64,000 nt of DNA from Candidatus Omnitrophota bacterium (GTDB lineage Bacteria; Omnitrophota; Gorgyraeia; Gygaellales; Profunditerraquicolaceae). Shown here in pieces: positions 9,411-17,322 of the stretch; positions within the stretch are counted from its first letter, which is position 1; every line of letters begins with the position of its first letter. The DNA is taken from the NCBI GenBank assembly GCA_003598025.1, contig QZKH01000002.1, positions 74,133 to 138,132 of the forward strand, written 5' to 3'. The notes beneath the pieces are model-generated. The model was not told the origin of the DNA. It saw only the letters and a program-made list of their open reading frames with translations, and ran no database searches. The position numbers and the translations under genes were made by a program.

Positions 9411-9932
9411 ATGAAAAGGGGCCTTACACTAATAGAAATACTTGTTGCTTCAAGTATCCTGATATTATTAATACTTGCTGTGTTTCAGGTAATGGAAGCA
9501 GGAAGGAGCGCAGTATTTACCGGGGATTTAACAGTGCAATTGCGCCAGGAGATAATCAGAACTTTTATGAGGATGGAAAGGGAGTTAAAAGAGGCACGCC
9601 CCGCGCTGGTGAGTTTAACAAGCGGCAATAGTAGTTCGACTATCACATTCAGTGTCCCTCAGGATATTAATGGCGACGGGACGGTTTTGGATGATTTTGG
9701 CGCTATTGAATGGTCTGCCGTTATTACATATGCTTTAAACGGTTCTAATCAAATAATCAGGACTTCATCCGGTGTTACTAATGTGCTTGCAAACGATATT
9801 GTCAGTTTACAGTTCAGCAGGCCGCTTTCCCCTGTTAATATCTTACAGATTGATATGACGGCGCGCAAGATTTCTTCTTCTGGCAGGCAGTTACAGGACG
9901 CCGGGCAAATGGTAATAGAAATGAGGAATTGA
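9411..9932 (+). CDS. Prepilin-type N-terminal cleavage/methylation domain protein (type IV pilus minor pilin / T2SS pseudopilin)
   Basis: MKRGLTLIEILVASSILILL is a canonical class III signal peptide (G/LTLIE). Confidence 0.75.
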   Translation: MKRGLTLIEILVASSILILLILAVFQVMEAGRSAVFTGDLTVQLRQEIIRTFMRMERELKEARPALVSLTSGNSSSTITFSVPQDINGDGTVLDDFGAIEWSAVITYALNGSNQIIRTSSGVTNVLANDIVSLQFSRPLSPVNILQIDMTARKISSSGRQLQDAGQMVIEMRN

Positions 9933-9935
9933 TAA

Positions 9936-11243
9936 ATGCAATATTTCTTCCCAAGGTTAGCAAATAAAAAGGGAGTAGCTTTAATTACTACATTCTTTGC
10001 AATTACCGTGCTGCTTATTTTTTGCGGGCTTTTTGTTATGGTAAGTATAAGCCAAAATATGGCCTCGGATAGGTTCAGAAGGAGAACGCGCGCTTTTTAC
10101 CTGGCTGAATCGGGTTTAGACAGGGCAATTTTTTGGTTAAGGACGCAACCTTCTCCGCCCGTAGGAGACAAGATTGATCCGTGGGGGGGCGCGCAGAATT
10201 TAGGCGAAGGCAGCTATACAGTTTCTATCTTTGACCTGGGCATGGTGGGAGCCAATTCCAGTATCCGAAGGTACAGGGTAAGGTCTTCAGGGTCTTTTGG
10301 GAATATAACCCGCACTTTGACTAATTATGTACAGGTTGATAACTACGCCCGGTATCTCTGGTTTACGGATCGGGAGGTTTATGGAGGAGTAAATGTCTGG
10401 TTTTGGACGCAGGACAGGCTAAACGGCCCAACGCATACCAATTCTCACTTCAATATTTATGGCAATCCTGTTTTTGAAAGCGAGGTCCGCTCCGTAGACG
10501 ACTATATAAGGTTTTATAATAACGGTATTAATGTTAATTTGCAGCAGACTTCCAATTCACCTTATGATGAACCAGTTTTTCTGGAAGGAGTTGACTTCGG
10601 AGTGCAGCCAACAACAATGCCTAACCAGGCTTTAAGCCTGCGCTCAGCGGCAAATAGCAGCGAAGGCATTTATTTAAGCGGCAATACAAAGGTGGTACTA
10701 AACAGCGACGGGACAATGAGTGTCACTAATTCCAAGAAAAAGTGGAAAGACAAAGATATGCCATTACCGGCAAACGGCGCCCTCTTTGTCAATAACGGTT
10801 CTTTGCATGTTTCCGGAACGCTTAATGGAAGGCTTACGGTCGGTTCCAGCAGTGATGTGGTCATCCCGGATAGCATTGTATACGCCGATGACCCAAAGCT
10901 TAACCCCAATTCCGATGATGTCCTCGGGGTTATTTCCGAAAGAGATATAGTTGTAAGTTATGACGCGCCTCACGATCTTGAGATAGACGCTTGCATGATG
11001 TCCCTGGGTACATCTTTTATGATGGAGGATTGGTGGGTAGGCCCGGCTAAAGGCACATTATCTGTTTATGGCGGTATAATTCAGGATGAAAGGGGTCCCG
11101 TCGGGACTTTTAACAGCCTGGCCGGGACAAAAGTAAGCGGGTACTCAAAAGATTATTCTTATGACCCGAGATTGCTGAGCAACCCGCCGCCTTACATGCC
11201 AACAACCGGCGATTATATAACTTTATCCTGGCAGGAGAATTAA
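9936..11243 (+). CDS. PilX-N-terminal-domain pilus assembly protein (large minor pilin-like)
   Basis: N-terminus KKGVALITTFFAITVLLIF matches PilX_N-type hydrophobic segments. 435 aa and Ser/Asn/Gly-rich. Adjacent to the pseudopilin genes. Confidence 0.5.
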   Translation: MQYFFPRLANKKGVALITTFFAITVLLIFCGLFVMVSISQNMASDRFRRRTRAFYLAESGLDRAIFWLRTQPSPPVGDKIDPWGGAQNLGEGSYTVSIFDLGMVGANSSIRRYRVRSSGSFGNITRTLTNYVQVDNYARYLWFTDREVYGGVNVWFWTQDRLNGPTHTNSHFNIYGNPVFESEVRSVDDYIRFYNNGINVNLQQTSNSPYDEPVFLEGVDFGVQPTTMPNQALSLRSAANSSEGIYLSGNTKVVLNSDGTMSVTNSKKKWKDKDMPLPANGALFVNNGSLHVSGTLNGRLTVGSSSDVVIPDSIVYADDPKLNPNSDDVLGVISERDIVVSYDAPHDLEIDACMMSLGTSFMMEDWWVGPAKGTLSVYGGIIQDERGPVGTFNSLAGTKVSGYSKDYSYDPRLLSNPPPYMPTTGDYITLSWQEN

Positions 11244-11246
11244 TAT

Positions 11247-11690
11247 ATGAAGCCAAAGACAATATATATTATTACTGCAGCTTTAGCAGCGGTTGTCTTT
11301 TCGCTGACTATGTCCATAAGTTTTAAGGATGATAATAAACAGCCTACATTGATGAAAAGGCAAGCCCGTGTCCATAGAACTGAATTTCCCGGTCCTTCAT
11401 TTACAAGTCAGCAGTCTTATAGCGGGTTTACCTCGGTGCCCGGTATTACCGTTGTAAAACCTCCGAAAAAGAAAGAGCCTGTTGAGTCAGTAATAAATAA
11501 TGAACCTTTATCGGATAAGCAAGATATCATTGATAAACAAAGCGTGGATGTTTCCCAAAAAGAGCCTTCCGGATCCCCGGACGAAAATAACGAAGAAGAT
11601 AATAGCACCTCAGGTATTACCGAGCTAAATAAGCGCCCCCCGGAAAAAGAAGCCCGCGAAATGAATCAACATGGGATTATGATGTGGTAA
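11247..11690 (+). CDS. Hypothetical membrane-anchored Pro/Glu/Ser-rich protein
   Basis: N-terminal TM/signal anchor (IYIITAALAAVVFSL), then a low-complexity region. Last gene of the pilin-like cluster. Confidence 0.4.
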   Translation: MKPKTIYIITAALAAVVFSLTMSISFKDDNKQPTLMKRQARVHRTEFPGPSFTSQQSYSGFTSVPGITVVKPPKKKEPVESVINNEPLSDKQDIIDKQSVDVSQKEPSGSPDENNEEDNSTSGITELNKRPPEKEAREMNQHGIMMW

Positions 11691-11742
11691 TTCTGCTACG
11701 CCCTAAGTAGGCTCAAGTAGGTAGGGCTTCGCAGCAATATAA

Positions 11743-11825
11743 TGCCGAGAGAGGGAGTTGAACCCTCACGAGGTTGCCCTCACCAGTTTTTGAGACTGGC
11801 GTGTATGCCATTCCACCACCTCGGC
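11743..11825 (-). tRNA. tRNA-Leu (anticodon CAA)
   Basis: Manual fold of the reverse complement: acceptor GCCGAGG/TCTCGGC, D-stem GTG/CAC, anticodon stem CCAGT/ACTGG with loop CTCAAAA (CAA), long variable arm TGAGGGCAACCTCGT, T-arm GAGGG-TTCAACT-CCCTC, discriminator A. 83 nt. CCA not encoded. Confidence 0.8.
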
Positions 11826-11947
11826 ATAAGTAGATTTGTTTTGAGGTAAGAATATTTACCAGGAAATGCTAGCTACGGCATTTGCTGATTTGCCTTACTT
11901 TTAGCTACAGCAAATCAATCCTGGGGCCTTTTAGCCCGAAGGATTTG

Positions 11948-12265
11948 GACCGTTTTACGCTCGTTTAGTGCCACTTCAAATTTTCCTTGTCGGAAAATAG
12001 TTATGTGGTGGCGCCGCACTCGCTGCCTCACTTGTCGCTCGGCTACGCTCGTTGCGGCATCCACCAATTTTTTCCTTACCGGAAAATTAAAATCCAAGGC
12101 ACTGAACTCGCTACGGTCCTTGTCGGACCGTTTTACGCTCGTTTAGTGCCACTTCAAATTTTCCTTGTCGGAAAATTAAAATCCAAGGCACTGAACTCAC
12201 TACGGTCCTTGTCGGACCGTTTTACGCTCGTTTAGTGCCACTTCAAATTTTCCTTGTCGGAAAAT
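11948..12265. repeat. Tandem duplication of an 89-bp unit: full copies at 12081-12169 and 12170-12258, a partial copy at 11948-11999, and a short partial copy at 12259-12265
   Basis: The two full units differ by one substitution (G/A at 12110 vs 12199). The partial copy GGACCGTTTTACGCTCGTTTAGTGCCACTTCAAATTTTCCTTGTCGGAAAAT is identical to the unit core. Confidence 0.85.
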
Positions 12266-12271
12266 TTGAAG

Positions 12272-12274
<3 letters not shown>
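12238..12274. other. Perfect 14-bp-stem hairpin (CCACTTCAAATTTT-9 nt-AAAATTTGAAGTGG) at the junction of the repeat and the tRNA-Ala 3' end
   Basis: Visible inverted repeat. The 3' arm overlaps the last 3 nt of tRNA-Ala on the opposite strand. Possible transcript-end or processing structure. Confidence 0.5.
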
Positions 12275-12344
<70 letters not shown>

Positions 12345-12508
12345 ATTATTATATTTTGCGTTCGTCCCGAGCTACCTTCTCTTGTCTTATGTACCGAGGA
12401 GCAGCCCCATATTTAAAATTTAAAGCTCAGTATACACTCCCAGTCCCGACGCTCATTTGCATTCGGTCGGGATGCCGACTTCACGTATTTTGTGAACGTC
12501 GGCACTGA

Positions 12509-12527
12509 GCTACAGCCCCATATTGGC
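12509..12527 (-). other. Duplicated 5' fragment of tRNA-Ala (GGGGCTGTAGCTCAG + TGCC) followed by hairpins; possible 5' leader of a tRNA-Ala precursor or a recombination remnant
   Basis: The first 15 nt are identical to the 5' end of the intact tRNA-Ala 165 bp away. Two stem-loops follow at about 12446-12508. A minus-strand sigma70-like promoter lies at 12545-12573. Confidence 0.5.
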
Positions 12528-12594
12528 TTAAATTTAGTGTATTAAATATAACATTCGGCTATAGCATTGTCAATACCTTCTGGCTGCCAAACAA

Positions 12595-12622
12595 GTTCAT
12601 GGTTGATAGTTCAAGGTTCATG
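12595..12622. repeat. Heptad array (GTTCATN)x4, minus-strand orientation of the TATGAAC family
   Basis: gttcatg gttgata gttcaag gttcatg. Lies 21 nt upstream, in minus orientation, of a minus-strand -35 (TTGACA, plus coordinates 12568-12573). Confidence 0.75.
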
Positions 12623-12656
12623 GACTATGTTAGCGCTTATAGCTATTAAGATTATC

Positions 12657-12691
12657 TATGAACTATGAACCATGAACAATGAACTATAAAC
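12657..12691. repeat. Heptad array (TATGAAC-like)x5 immediately upstream of the nfo -35 box
   Basis: tatgaac tatgaac catgaac aatgaac tataaac. Ends 10 nt before the -35 TTGACG (12702-12707). Confidence 0.8.
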
Positions 12692-12701
12692 CAAGTAGCC
12701 C

Positions 12702-12730
12702 TTGACGCTCCTTACCCCCTGGGGTATAAT
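12702..12730 (+). promoter_or_regulatory. sigma70-type promoter of nfo: -35 TTGACG (12702-12707), 17-nt spacer, -10 TATAAT (12725-12730); near-leaderless
   Basis: Consensus hexamers with a 17-nt spacer. The nfo ATG at 12741 is only 10 nt past the -10, so the mRNA is leaderless or has a very short leader. The TTG the ORF track uses as start is actually the -35 box. Confidence 0.7.
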
Positions 12731-12740
12731 GGGTGAAATT

Positions 12741-13583
12741 ATGATATTAGGGGTCCATGTTTCTGCAGCAGGCAATATTTATGATTCGCTTGAGCGTGCC
12801 TATGGGTTAGGCTGTAATACTATGCAGATATTTTCGCGCAATCCTCAAAGATGGCGCGATAATTTTTTAGGGGAGCACGATTTCGATGAATTTCGTAAGG
12901 CTAAGCAAAAATTTAAAATAAACCCCGTCTTTATCCATATACCTTATTTGATAAACCTGGCTTCTCCTGAGCCGGGGCTTTACCGGGCTTCAATCCGCGC
13001 ATATATTGAAGATATTGTTGAAGCAGATAAACTAGGCGCTGATTTTATCGTAACGCATATGGGCAGCCATAAGAAAACATCTGAAAGCCTCGGGATTAAA
13101 AGATTGACGGCTGCCCTGAATAAAATTGCCTTAGCAACAAAAGATTCCAAAGTCGGGATCCTGCTTGAAAATACATCCGGTTCCGGAAGCTGGCTGGGTT
13201 ATGATTTTACGCACCACAAGCGGGTTTTTGATAATTTGAAGGACAGGCAGCGTTTCGGCATATGCCTTGATACCGCCCATGCTTTTTCTGCGGGATATGA
13301 TATATCGAACAAGCCGGGGCTGGATGCGATGCTTGGGGAAATAGACAGGCTGGTTGGTTTAGGTTTGATCAGGTTGATACATCTGAATGACTCAGCTTCA
13401 AGACTTGGGCAGCACTTTGATAAGCACCAGCATATAGGGAAAGGCTATATCGGCATCCCGGGTATGAAAAATATCATTAACCATAAAGGGCTTAAAGATA
13501 AGCCCTTTATATTAGAAACCCCCAAAGAGTATCAATCTTCCGATATTGATAACTTGGAAACAGTGAGGAAACTGAGAAAATGA
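12741..13583 (+). CDS. nfo: Endonuclease IV (AP endonuclease family 2)
   Basis: MILGVHVSAAGN aligns with the E. coli Nfo N-terminus MKYIGAHVSAAGG. HLNDS metal-ligand motif. I moved the start to 12741 from the ORF-track 12702 on the basis of this alignment. Confidence 0.85.
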   Translation: MILGVHVSAAGNIYDSLERAYGLGCNTMQIFSRNPQRWRDNFLGEHDFDEFRKAKQKFKINPVFIHIPYLINLASPEPGLYRASIRAYIEDIVEADKLGADFIVTHMGSHKKTSESLGIKRLTAALNKIALATKDSKVGILLENTSGSGSWLGYDFTHHKRVFDNLKDRQRFGICLDTAHAFSAGYDISNKPGLDAMLGEIDRLVGLGLIRLIHLNDSASRLGQHFDKHQHIGKGYIGIPGMKNIINHKGLKDKPFILETPKEYQSSDIDNLETVRKLRK

Positions 13584-13987
13584 ACAATGAAAAAAAATTT
13601 AAGATCATGATTGTAGACGATGAGCCTGATGTTATTGAATCCTTGAGTTCCAGGATCGCCAGGGAAGGATACGATGTTTCTTCTGCTTATGACGGACAGG
13701 AGGCATTAGATAAAATGGTAAATGACCTGCCCGATATAGTGCTGTTAGACCTGATGATGCCTAAGCTCAACGGCTTTGACGTGCTTAAGGAGATACGAAA
13801 AAAATATAAAGATAAATGGATACCGGTAATAATCGTGAGTGCCAAGACAGAGCTTGAATCGGTAAAACAATGCTACTCGCTTGAGGCAGACCATTATTTG
13901 ACAAAACCATGTACAATTGAAAAAATATTGCAGGGCATAGAGACGATGATCTCATTGATACCGCTAAGAAGGAACGATAACAAGTAA
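13580..13987 (+). CDS. Stand-alone response-regulator receiver (CheY-like REC) protein
   Basis: [11 protein letters not shown]...[23 protein letters not shown]...IIVSAK carries the phospho-acceptor Asp and the conserved Lys. No output domain. ATGA overlap with nfo. Confidence 0.7.
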   Translation: MNNEKKFKIMIVDDEPDVIESLSSRIAREGYDVSSAYDGQEALDKMVNDLPDIVLLDLMMPKLNGFDVLKEIRKKYKDKWIPVIIVSAKTELESVKQCYSLEADHYLTKPCTIEKILQGIETMISLIPLRRNDNK

Positions 13988-13988
13988 T

Positions 13989-16406
13989 ATGGAATATGAT
14001 TTTAAGGAAATAGAGAAGAAGTGGCAGGGATATTGGGATAAGAGCGGTCTATACCGCGCTGAATATTCTCCGGGCAATAAGAAATATTATTTGCTTGAGA
14101 TGTTCCCTTATCCTTCGGGCAAGATACATATGGGCCATGTAAGGAATTATGCCATTGCCGACGTTGCCGCAAGGTTTAAGTTGATGCAGGGTTATAATGT
14201 CCTGCATCCGATGGGTTTTGACGCTTTTGGCCAGCCTGCAGAAAACGCTGCAATCAAGAACAAAACCAAGCCCGATGCCTGGACCCATAAATGCATAGAC
14301 TGGATGCGCGTTGAGCTTAAGAAGATGGGTTTTTCTTATGATTGGGCAAGGGAGGTATCTACCTGCGACAGCACTTATTATAAGTGGAACCAATGGATAT
14401 TCCTTAAAATGTTTGAGAAGGGCCTTGCTTACAAGAAAGCCTCGAATGTAAACTGGTGCCCGAACTGCGAAACCACACTTGCTAATGAAGAAGTGATAAG
14501 TGAAGAGTGCTGGAGATGCCATAGCAAAGTTGAGCAGCGTAAACTTGACCAGTGGTTTTTAAAGATCACCGGATATAAAGAACGGCTGCTTGAAGATCTG
14601 GGAAAGCTTAAAAATTGGCCGGAGCGCGTTATTGCAATGCAGTCTAACTGGATCGGCAGGAGCCAGGGCGTGGAGATTTATTTTAAAATTAAAGGCAATG
14701 ATGATATCACGATACCGGTTTTTACCACCCGTGTAGATACTATATTCGGCGCCAGCTACGTAGTTTTAGCACCGGAGCATCCTTTGGTCGAGGATATTAT
14801 AAAAGGCATAGCACATGAGCCAGAGATCAGGAAGTTTATCAATAAGGTAAAGAAAGAAAAAAAGAACATACTCTCCAAAGAAGATGTTAAAAAAGAGGGT
14901 ATTTTCAGCGGCCGTTATTGTATCAACCCGGTGAATAATGAAACTATCCCTGTTTGGATCGGTGATTATGTTTTAATGGAGTATGGCACAGGCGCGATTA
15001 TGGCAGTGCCGGCTCATGACCAGAGGGATTTTCTTTTTGCTAAAGAACATGGGTTACCTATGAGAATAGTTATAAACAGTCCACAGTCCACAGTCCACAG
15101 TCCACAGGAATTGACTGAAGCGTATGAGGGGGATGGTTTCCAGGTTAATTCTGGGCAATTTGATGGATTGGATAACCAAAAGGCAAAGTCCGAGATTGCA
15201 AAGTGGATGGAGGCAAAAGGGATAGGCAAAATCCAGACACACTGGAGGCTGCGCGATTGGCTTATATCAAGACAGCGATATTGGGGTACACCTATACCGG
15301 TTATATATTGTGAAAAATGCGGGATCGTGCCTGTCCCATATCATGACCTGCCTGTTGAATTGCCGGCTGATGCCCCTTTTACCGGTGAGGGTGGCAGCCC
15401 CTTGGCAAAAGTGAAAAAATTTGTAAATGTCAAATGCCCTAAATGCAATGGCTCTGCCAGGCGCGAAACAGATACCATGGCTACTTTTTTTGACTCGTCG
15501 TGGTATTTCCTGAGATTCTGTTCCCCTTCTTTTAATGAGGCGCCTTTTGATAAGCAGGAGGCTAGATATTGGATGCCAGTTGACCAGTATATCGGGGGAA
15601 TAGAGCACGCTATTTTACATTTACTCTATTCACGCTTTTTTACTAAATTTTTCAAAGACCTGGGGATGGTGGAATTTGACGAGCCGTTTACATGCCTGCT
15701 TACACAGGGGATGGTCCTTAAAGAAGGCGAAGTAATGTCAAAGTCAAAAGGTAATATAGTTGACCCAGATTCGATTATAAAGAAATACGGTGCAGATGCC
15801 CTGCGGCTTTTTATACTTTTTGCCGCGCCTCCGGAAACTGAACTGGAGTGGGATGACAGGGGGATTGAGGGAGCATCCAAGTTCTTAAACAGGGTATGGC
15901 GCCTGCAGGATAACCTAAGGGATGGCCCGGCAGATAAATCAGGAGGGCTGGCCACCGCAAAAATACTGCATAAAACAGTTAAGAAAGTAACTGATGATAT
16001 AAATCAGTTTAAATTTAATACCGCGATTGCCAGTTTAATGGAGCTGACAAATGTTTTATATCAGTCCGGGGCAGATAAAGAGGATTATTCTACGTTAGTT
16101 GTGTTGCTGGCCCCGATAGCCCCGCATTTTGCAGAGCAAATTTGGGAGAATTTAGGGAACAAAGAATCTGTATTTAAGGCAAAATGGCCGCAGTATAACC
16201 CGGATTATCTTTTTGATTCTGTTGTTGATATAGTAGTCCAGGTAAATGGTAAGCTGCGCTCTAAGCTCGCAGTCCCGTTTGATGTTAGAGAAGAAGAGTT
16301 AAAAGAATTAGTCTTGCGTGATCAGAAGGTACAACCCTGGATTAGCGGTAAGAATATCAGAAGTTTTATATTCGTGCCCAACAAACTTGTCAACATCGTA
16401 GTCTGA
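13989..16406 (+). CDS. leuS: Leucyl-tRNA synthetase
   Basis: HIGH motif [13 protein letters not shown] and KMSKS motif (VMSKSKGN), 805 aa. Contains an in-frame heptanucleotide array (CAGTCCA x4) encoding [10 protein letters not shown]. Confidence 0.95.
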   Translation: MEYDFKEIEKKWQGYWDKSGLYRAEYSPGNKKYYLLEMFPYPSGKIHMGHVRNYAIADVAARFKLMQGYNVLHPMGFDAFGQPAENAAIKNKTKPDAWTHKCIDWMRVELKKMGFSYDWAREVSTCDSTYYKWNQWIFLKMFEKGLAYKKASNVNWCPNCETTLANEEVISEECWRCHSKVEQRKLDQWFLKITGYKERLLEDLGKLKNWPERVIAMQSNWIGRSQGVEIYFKIKGNDDITIPVFTTRVDTIFGASYVVLAPEHPLVEDIIKGIAHEPEIRKFINKVKKEKKNILSKEDVKKEGIFSGRYCINPVNNETIPVWIGDYVLMEYGTGAIMAVPAHDQRDFLFAKEHGLPMRIVINSPQSTVHSPQELTEAYEGDGFQVNSGQFDGLDNQKAKSEIAKWMEAKGIGKIQTHWRLRDWLISRQRYWGTPIPVIYCEKCGIVPVPYHDLPVELPADAPFTGEGGSPLAKVKKFVNVKCPKCNGSARRETDTMATFFDSSWYFLRFCSPSFNEAPFDKQEARYWMPVDQYIGGIEHAILHLLYSRFFTKFFKDLGMVEFDEPFTCLLTQGMVLKEGEVMSKSKGNIVDPDSIIKKYGADALRLFILFAAPPETELEWDDRGIEGASKFLNRVWRLQDNLRDGPADKSGGLATAKILHKTVKKVTDDINQFKFNTAIASLMELTNVLYQSGADKEDYSTLVVLLAPIAPHFAEQIWENLGNKESVFKAKWPQYNPDYLFDSVVDIVVQVNGKLRSKLAVPFDVREEELKELVLRDQKVQPWISGKNIRSFIFVPNKLVNIVV
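15077..15107. repeat. Heptanucleotide tandem repeat (CAGTCCA)x4 + CAG inside the leuS coding sequence
   Basis: cagtcca cagtcca cagtcca cagtcca cag. The unit is not a multiple of 3 but the reading frame stays open. Confidence 0.85.
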
Positions 16407-16407
16407 T

Positions 16408-16788
16408 TTACCCCTGCCTGTTTTTCAATATATCCTTGATAATAAAGATCAATTTATTATAATCCAACGGTTTTTCGCAATATTCAGCAATCCCGCTTTT
16501 TGCCGCAATATGTTTGTCAATATCCTCTTTTTTCAGTGAAATCGCAATAATCGGTATATCCGTAAGTTTGGGTTCGGCTTTTATGTCTTTTGCAATCCTG
16601 AATCCGCTTTGGTCGGGAAGCATAAGGTCCAACAGAATTATATCAGGCTTGATTCCTCTGACCTTACCCAAGGCTTCTTCGCCGTTACCACATGTAAAAA
16701 CTTCAAACCCTTCGGGTTTAAGAAGGTCCGTTATCTCGCGCACGGTGTTATTGTCGTCGTCGATTACAAGGATCCTGGGGGTGTCCAT
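16408..16788 (-). CDS. Stand-alone response-regulator receiver (CheY-like REC) protein
   Basis: RILVIDDDNN...DIILLDLMLPDQSGFRIAKDIK...IIAIS. I chose the start MDTPRILVIDDD at 16788; the ORF-track extension to 16845 runs into the heptad repeats and the promoter. A TATAAT lies 8 nt upstream, so likely leaderless. Confidence 0.7.
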   Translation of the reverse strand: MDTPRILVIDDDNNTVREITDLLKPEGFEVFTCGNGEEALGKVRGIKPDIILLDLMLPDQSGFRIAKDIKAEPKLTDIPIIAISLKKEDIDKHIAAKSGIAEYCEKPLDYNKLIFIIKDILKNRQG

Positions 16789-16839
16789 ATAAATAATTAT
16801 ACCTAAAATATCTGGCGAATGCAAAGAAAAGGATATTTG

Positions 16840-16867
16840 GTTCATAGTTCATAGATCATGGTTCATA
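16840..16867. repeat. Heptad array (GTTCATA)x4 upstream (minus orientation) of the REC gene promoter
   Basis: gttcata gttcata gatcatg gttcata. Confidence 0.8.
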
Positions 16868-16914
16868 GATAATTTATGCTGACGCTTACATTTATCCATG
16901 CTAAGACAACCAAC

Positions 16915-16935
16915 CATGAACCATGCTCTATGAAC
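16915..16935. repeat. Heptad array (CATGAAC-like)x3 upstream of comEA, inverted partner of 16840-16867
   Basis: catgaac catgctc tatgaac. Confidence 0.7.
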
Positions 16936-16989
16936 CAATCCCTGTTAGAAATAACATCTGTATGCGTCTTATATCAGGAGGGCAAAAAT

Positions 16990-17322
16990 GTGCTTTTCTT
17001 AACCAAAGATGAAAAAAAGGCAATAATATTTATTGCGGCGCTTATCTTTATTGGGATCAGCAGTAAAATTTTATTAAAGAAGTGCCAAAAAATGGAAAGA
17101 ATGTATTTTGTTTCTTCCGACGAGTTCAAGCTGGACATAAATAAAGCCAAGTATGAAGATTTATTGGGCATCAAAGGCATAGGGCCTTCTTTGGCTGATA
17201 GGATAATTGAATACAGGAATTTGCAGGGGGGATTTAAAAATATAGAGGAATTAAAAAATATCCATGGTGTCGGAGAAAATAAATTCTGCAGGCTGAAGGA
17301 TTTCTTGAAAGCCGATCAATGA
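16990..17322 (+). CDS. comEA: ComEA-family helix-hairpin-helix DNA-binding (competence) protein
   Basis: The C-terminus DLLGIKGIGPSLADRIIEYR...FKNIEELKNIHGVGENKF is a tandem HhH ComEA domain. N-terminal TM anchor. Start set to GTG at 16990, 7 nt after AGGAGGG (16976-16982); the ORF-track start 16876 runs through the heptad repeats. Confidence 0.7.
   Translation: MLFLTKDEKKAIIFIAALIFIGISSKILLKKCQKMERMYFVSSDEFKLDINKAKYEDLLGIKGIGPSLADRIIEYRNLQGGFKNIEELKNIHGVGENKFCRLKDFLKADQ

Noticed and set aside
11987-12235. 82-aa ORF spanning the tandem repeat
   Set aside because: Repetitive non-coding DNA with no RBS. The ORF arises from the repeated sequence.
11948-12265. Direct repeats with intervening sequence that could be taken for a small CRISPR array
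   Set aside because: The 'spacers' between the 52-bp cores are identical to each other apart from one base. This makes it a tandem duplication of an 89-bp unit, not repeat-spacer architecture. No cas genes are present.
12702-12740. N-terminal extension of nfo from the TTG at 12702 (the ORF-track start)
   Set aside because: The TTG is the -35 hexamer of a consensus promoter. Nfo orthologs begin at the MILGVHVS-equivalent residues, so the start was moved to 12741.
16789-16845. N-terminal extension of the minus-strand REC gene (MNQISFSLHSPDILGIIIY...)
   Set aside because: The extension is translated from the promoter and heptad-repeat DNA and precedes the conserved REC N-terminus (M-x-x-RILVIDD). 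A TATAAT sits inside it.
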